Positions 59,674 to 64,000 of a DNA stretch of 64,000 nt are shown piece after piece. The stretch spans positions 54,384 through 118,383 of the forward strand of contig CAWJKR010000007.1 of the NCBI GenBank assembly GCA_963843505.1. The letters run 5' to 3'. The notes beneath the pieces are model-generated. The model was not told the origin of the DNA, did no database searches, and saw only the letters and a program-made list of their open reading frames with translations. This stretch comes from Candidatus Aminicenantes bacterium (GTDB lineage: Bacteria; Acidobacteriota; Aminicenantia; Aminicenantales; Saccharicenantaceae). A program made the translations under genes and the position numbers. Every line of letters starts with the position of its first letter. The first letter of the stretch is position 1.

Positions 59674-60729
59674 ATGAAGACTTCCAGAACGATCGCGGCC
59701 GCGCTCGCGCTCCTCTTCGTCGTCAGCGTTCTTGCCGTTTCCGTGCAGGCGGCGCCCGGAACCCAGAAGAAACAAGAACCCCCGGCTACGGGCAAGACCC
59801 AGATGCCCAAAGAGATCATGGCTGTCATGCAGGAAGGCCTGGCCGCGCGCCAGGGGCGGCAGGATTTCCCCTTCACCTTCTTCAAACAGCTCGTTCTCCC
59901 GGCCGCGCAGGACAGTCTTTATCCCATCGTTTTCTTCAAGGCCAAGAACGGCGACCTCGGCTACGCCCCGTCCGCCTCGGGAACGGGCGCGATGGAAGCG
60001 ACCGTCAACGCCTTTTACGGGTTCTACCAGGCGGACGCGACCGGCGCCCTCAAGCCGACCAAGTTCGGCGGAAGAAGCCAGGCCGTCCTGACGATGGACG
60101 GCGCGGGCTACAGCGCCGATAAGGAAGATTGGTACACGTTCGGCTATGCCCTGCCCGCCGGCACGTACACGCTGGCCATGGTCCTCACGACCCCCGACAT
60201 GAAGAAGATCAGCGCCGGCTACATCGACCTCGCCCTGCCGGGGCCGGAATCCCACGCGACATCGCTCTGGCCGACGGACCCGGTCATCGTGACCGCCATG
60301 GACCAGGTCGAACCCGACCAGCGGCCGACGATCCATCGGGGTTACTTCACCTGGGGCGCGGCCAAGGTCGTCACCAACGCGGCTTGCGAGGTCGGCTCCG
60401 GTGAGAACCTCGAGATCCTCTTCTTCGTCCTCGGCGCGTCCCCCAAGGACCCCGCGGCCCCCCAGGGCCTTGATCTCGAGGTCACCTTCGAGGTCCAGGA
60501 CCAGGACGGCAAGCCGGCCATCAAGTGGGCGCCCTCGAGCTACGAGATCTACCTCGTCAACCAGCCCCTGCCCCTCTTCCAGACCCTCCAGAAGATGGAC
60601 GAGAAGGGCACCGTGCTGAGCACCGAGAAGAAGGCCCTGCCCGCGGGGACCTACGACCTGACGGTCAACATCCTCGACAAGGTTTCCGGCAAGAAGGCCG
60701 ACACGAAGATGGCCTTCTCCGTCAAGTAA
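59674..60729 (+). CDS. Secreted hypothetical protein with two Ig-like domains (GWxTD-neighbourhood type)
   Basis: RBS AGGAGG; signal peptide; two LPAGTY(T/D)L motifs. Confidence 0.6.
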   Translation: MKTSRTIAAALALLFVVSVLAVSVQAAPGTQKKQEPPATGKTQMPKEIMAVMQEGLAARQGRQDFPFTFFKQLVLPAAQDSLYPIVFFKAKNGDLGYAPSASGTGAMEATVNAFYGFYQADATGALKPTKFGGRSQAVLTMDGAGYSADKEDWYTFGYALPAGTYTLAMVLTTPDMKKISAGYIDLALPGPESHATSLWPTDPVIVTAMDQVEPDQRPTIHRGYFTWGAAKVVTNAACEVGSGENLEILFFVLGASPKDPAAPQGLDLEVTFEVQDQDGKPAIKWAPSSYEIYLVNQPLPLFQTLQKMDEKGTVLSTEKKALPAGTYDLTVNILDKVSGKKADTKMAFSVK

Positions 60730-60752
60730 GTCCGAAGCTCTCAGAACGAACC

Positions 60753-60784
60753 GGGACCGCCCCGCGGGGCGGTCCCTTTTTTTT
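60753..60784 (+). terminator. Rho-independent terminator
   Basis: gggaccgccccgcggggcggtccc followed by T8. Confidence 0.85.
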
Positions 60785-60786
60785 GG

Positions 60787-61697
60787 CTACTTTTTCAGGT
60801 AGTCGAGGAGCTGCCGGGCGATGGCGGCCTTCTCGTGCCCGGGGGCCAGGGCCAGGAACTTCTCCAGGGCGGCCTTGGCTTCGGGCACCTTGTTCTGACT
60901 GATGAGGATGGTCGCCATCTGATAGTAGGCGTCGGCGTAATCCGGGTTGAGCTCGACGGCCTTGGCGAAGCGCGGCAGCGCGGCTTCAGGATCGCCGAGG
61001 TTGACCTGGCACACGCCCAGGTTGTATTGGGCATCGGGGTCGTCGGGGCTCAGCCCGGCGGCCTTCTCGTAGAACGGCTTCGCCTCGGCGAATTGTCCGG
61101 CCTTGGCCAGGGCCTCGCCGGTCTCCTTGTTGGCGCTGTAGCTTTCGGGATTGAGCTCGACGGCCTTGCGGAACGCCGCGAGCGCCTCCTCGGATCCGCC
61201 GGATTTCTTAGGGCCAGGCCAAGATTGAGCCGGTAGGCCCAGTTCGCCGGGATCGAGGCCGATGGCCTCGCCGTAGGCGGCCGCGGCCTCGGCGTACTTC
61301 TGCTCGGCGTAGAGCTTGTTGCCTTTCAGGAAGGCCCGGTCGGCCTCGGAAGAGCCTTCTGCGGCCGGCTTCGACCGACTTCAGGGTGAATTCGACGGCG
61401 TTCCTCGGCGACTCGATGCGGATCTCCTTGGAGGCGGGGCGAAGCCCGTCTTCTTGACGCTGACAAGGTAGTAGCCGGGCGTCAGGCCGATCTGGATGAA
61501 ACGGCCGTCCTCGTCCGTCTTGAGGTCGTAGCGAATGCTGGACGTCCTCTGGGAGACGATCGTGACCTCGGCCTTTTCGACGGGCTTCCTGGCCGGGTCG
61601 AGGACGGGGCCCGTCGACTCGCCCTGGTACTGCGCCCAGGCCGCCGGCGAGCACGAGGCAGCGTCAGGGTAATGAACGCGGCTTTCCGGGCCATCAT
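60787..61697 (-). CDS. Carboxypeptidase-regulatory-like domain plus TPR protein, frameshifted
   Basis: GPVLDPARKPVEKAEVTI...TDEDGRF..GLTPGYY N-terminal domain; C-terminal TPRs. Confidence 0.7.
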
Positions 61698-61707
61698 GGA
61701 TCGACTC

Positions 61708-63801
61708 CTATCGTTGTCCGAGGCGTTTCTTCGCCTTCTCCTCCAGGGCCCGGACGGCGGGCTGGTCGGGAGCGAGGGCGAGCGACTTCTGAAGGAGAGG
61801 CAGGGCCTTCTCGGGATGGCCGAGGGCCAGGTGGCATTCGGCGGCCAGGTTCAGGACGGGGATCTCGGTCGCCTCGGCCATGAGCTTCTCGAGGAGTCGA
61901 CAGGCCGCGGTCCAGTCCTTGAGGCCGGCGTGGTCGAGGGCCATGACCTTGGCCGATTCCCGGTCGCCGCCGCGGTCGTAGACGGCCATGGCCTGGTCCA
62001 GGGATTCTTGTAGAGGCCCAGGCCGTAGAGCGACTTGGCGAGGAGCAGCCGCGTCGGCGGGATCGTCGCGGCCCTCGAGGGCCTGCTCCAGGATCTCCCG
62101 GGACCGGGCGTAATCGCCCTTCAGGAAATACTGGGAGCCGAGGACCCGGAGATGTTCGGGACCCGGGAAAGGGCCGTGCAGCCGGGCGTAGACCCAGGGG
62201 ACGACGGGGAAGGCTGGGCGAGGACGACGAAATTCTCCTTCTCGGTGAGAGAGCTGCCGCCCGTCGGGGCGACCGCAGCGGACACGTCGGCCCGGTAGTA
62301 GCCGGGCTTGACGTCCTTCAGCGGCGCGGTCGCCCGAGACGAGCAGGGTCGCCGCGTCGCCGGGGTCGGGGGCGACCTCGGTCAGCGGGAAAGTCCCCGG
62401 CGCTCTGCGCCCGTGTCGAGCGAGACGAGGTCGAGGAAGAACGACGGCGGCGCGCCGGCGGATCGAGCCCGGCCACGTTCCGGGCCTGGACAAAGACGCC
62501 CAGCGTCGCGGCCGGCGGGGAACTCGTTGCGGGCGCCGACGAGGTACTGCCGGCCGCCGAAGACGAAGGCCTTGAGGTTCCTTCTCTGGGCTTCGGGGAC
62601 GACGTTCCGGGCCATAGTAGAGGAGCGGCACGCTCAGGCCGGCCCGGGCGCCGTGCCGGCCGGCGGCACTACGACCCTCGTCTCGAAGGACGAGAAGTCC
62701 TTGGCCGTCTTGTTCTTCAGGAGGAAGAGGAGCCCTGTAGTCGCCGGGGACGACGGCCAGCAGGTCCTGGAAGGCGAAGCGCTGGCGCTCATGGGCCTTG
62801 TACTGTTCGGGGGTGATCCGCAGCGGGATCTCCTCGGTCCTCTCGAGGACGGTCCTGCCCCGGCCGTCCTCGAGCCTCAGGACGAGCTCGAAGCTGGCGT
62901 AGATCGGCGTTCGTCCTGGGTGCCGAAATTCATCTTCTCCGGCTCGATCGACCAGTGGAGGAAGGGCTGGCCGCCCTCCGAGAACACCCGGACCTGGAAG
63001 ACGCTCTGGAGGTAGCGGTCCGTGTATTCGGTCTCGATGAAGTCCTTGAAGGTCAGGTAGGACCGGGCGTAGGAGTCGGAGAACTTTTTCTCCGGGAGGC
63101 CGCGGACCGAGGCGATGATGGTGTCGGAGGAGAACGAGACGCCGCCCATCGGCGACTCGCTCGGCAGATAGCTCAGGGAGGCGCTGGCCAGCTCGCCGTT
63201 GATGGCCTCTGATGGCGTCGATCGGCCGTCGACCGGGTCACCGCCGGTCGCCCATGGTGGGGACGACGAGCTTCTCGGGCCCCTCGACGCCCGGCGAATA
63301 GAGCCGGAAATCGCCGATCCCGTCGGGCTGGTAGAAGATCAGATAGAAATAGTCCGGCAGTCCGTATTCCTCGTCCCCCTTGTAGAACCAGAGCTCCAGG
63401 GGCCAGACCTGCGACTGGGTCGTGTAGAGAGGTCCGCTCGAGCGGCTTCCCGAGGAGCGACGTAGAAGAAGCCCCGTTCGGTCTGGCTGCCCCGCTTCGG
63501 CGAATCGTGGCCGAAGTTCTGGTCGGCGTAGCGGACCCGCTCCTCGTATTCCTTCTGGAATTCGTTCTCCGTCGTGTCGGGCAGAGGGTCCCGCATCCGC
63601 CAGAAGAAGTGGACGAACTTGGCCCGGTCGGCGTTGGTCTGGAGCTTGGGGAAGACGGCGCGCTCGGCCTTGGTGATGATCGGGCGAGACGTCCTCGAGC
63701 CAGCGTTGGAGCTCCGGCGAGAGCTTCTCCGGGGCGGCCAGGGCGCCGGCCGCGAGCAGGACGGAAAGGATGAGGACGAGAGGCCGGGCTTCATTCTTCA
63801 A
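61708..63801 (-). CDS. GWxTD domain protein with C-terminal TPRs, multiply frameshifted
   Basis: WLEDV..IITKAE...FFWRMRDP..NEFQKEYEERV.YADQNF...GSQTERG; ELWFY. Confidence 0.8.
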
Positions 63802-64000
63802 TTCGGTCGATCCTTGTTCGAAAAACTACGATAGCACACGGCCGGGGCCATTACAAATGGCGCCGGGCCCGGACCGTCCTTCGAAAAAAACTCTTGAAAA
63901 CGCCCCGATTCTTGGATGGAATCCAAATTGTGGATGAAGTCGGATGCGTTGATCTTTGTATGCTCGTTGATCATTGAACCGGCATCAATAAAGCCGCCAT

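Noticed and set aside
63930-63938. DnaA box-like TGTGGATGA
   Set aside because: A single mismatched copy at the window edge is insufficient to call an origin

Overview
High-GC (visually ~65-70%) diderm bacterial chromosome segment. GWxTD, zf-HC2/ECF and TPR-carboxypeptidase-regulatory genes suggest Acidobacteriota sensu lato, possibly Ca. Aminicenantes (inference). Many genes, including essential ones (rplS, rpsP, trmD, ffh, accC), carry single-base frameshifts typical of an imperfectly polished long-read assembly, so they are called CDS, not pseudogenes. The backbone is mostly housekeeping: ffh/rpsP-khpA-rimM-trmD-rplS-rnhB, accBC, suhB, miaA-hflX, ppdK, pyrK-pyrD-pyrF, tRNA-Gly/tRNA-Cys and ddl-ruvX-mltG. 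Accessory content includes a Gfo/DUF1080/ThuA glycoside cluster, an SPT-like enzyme, a multiheme cytochrome (with an internal ~0.8 kb duplication) beside a heme-bearing porin, a MacA/ABC/Yip1 exporter and a GWxTD cluster. The most notable element is a lower-GC ~8.8 kb island (about 34.6-43.4 kb). It encodes an exported TPR-CHAT caspase-like protease, an ECF sigma factor and a membrane-spanning zf-HC2 anti-sigma, divergent from an S8-FN3 protease and paralogous outer-membrane beta-barrels. This is a candidate CRISPR-independent, protease-triggered transmembrane signalling system. A three-copy REP-like palindrome family and a clean sigma54 promoter were also found.
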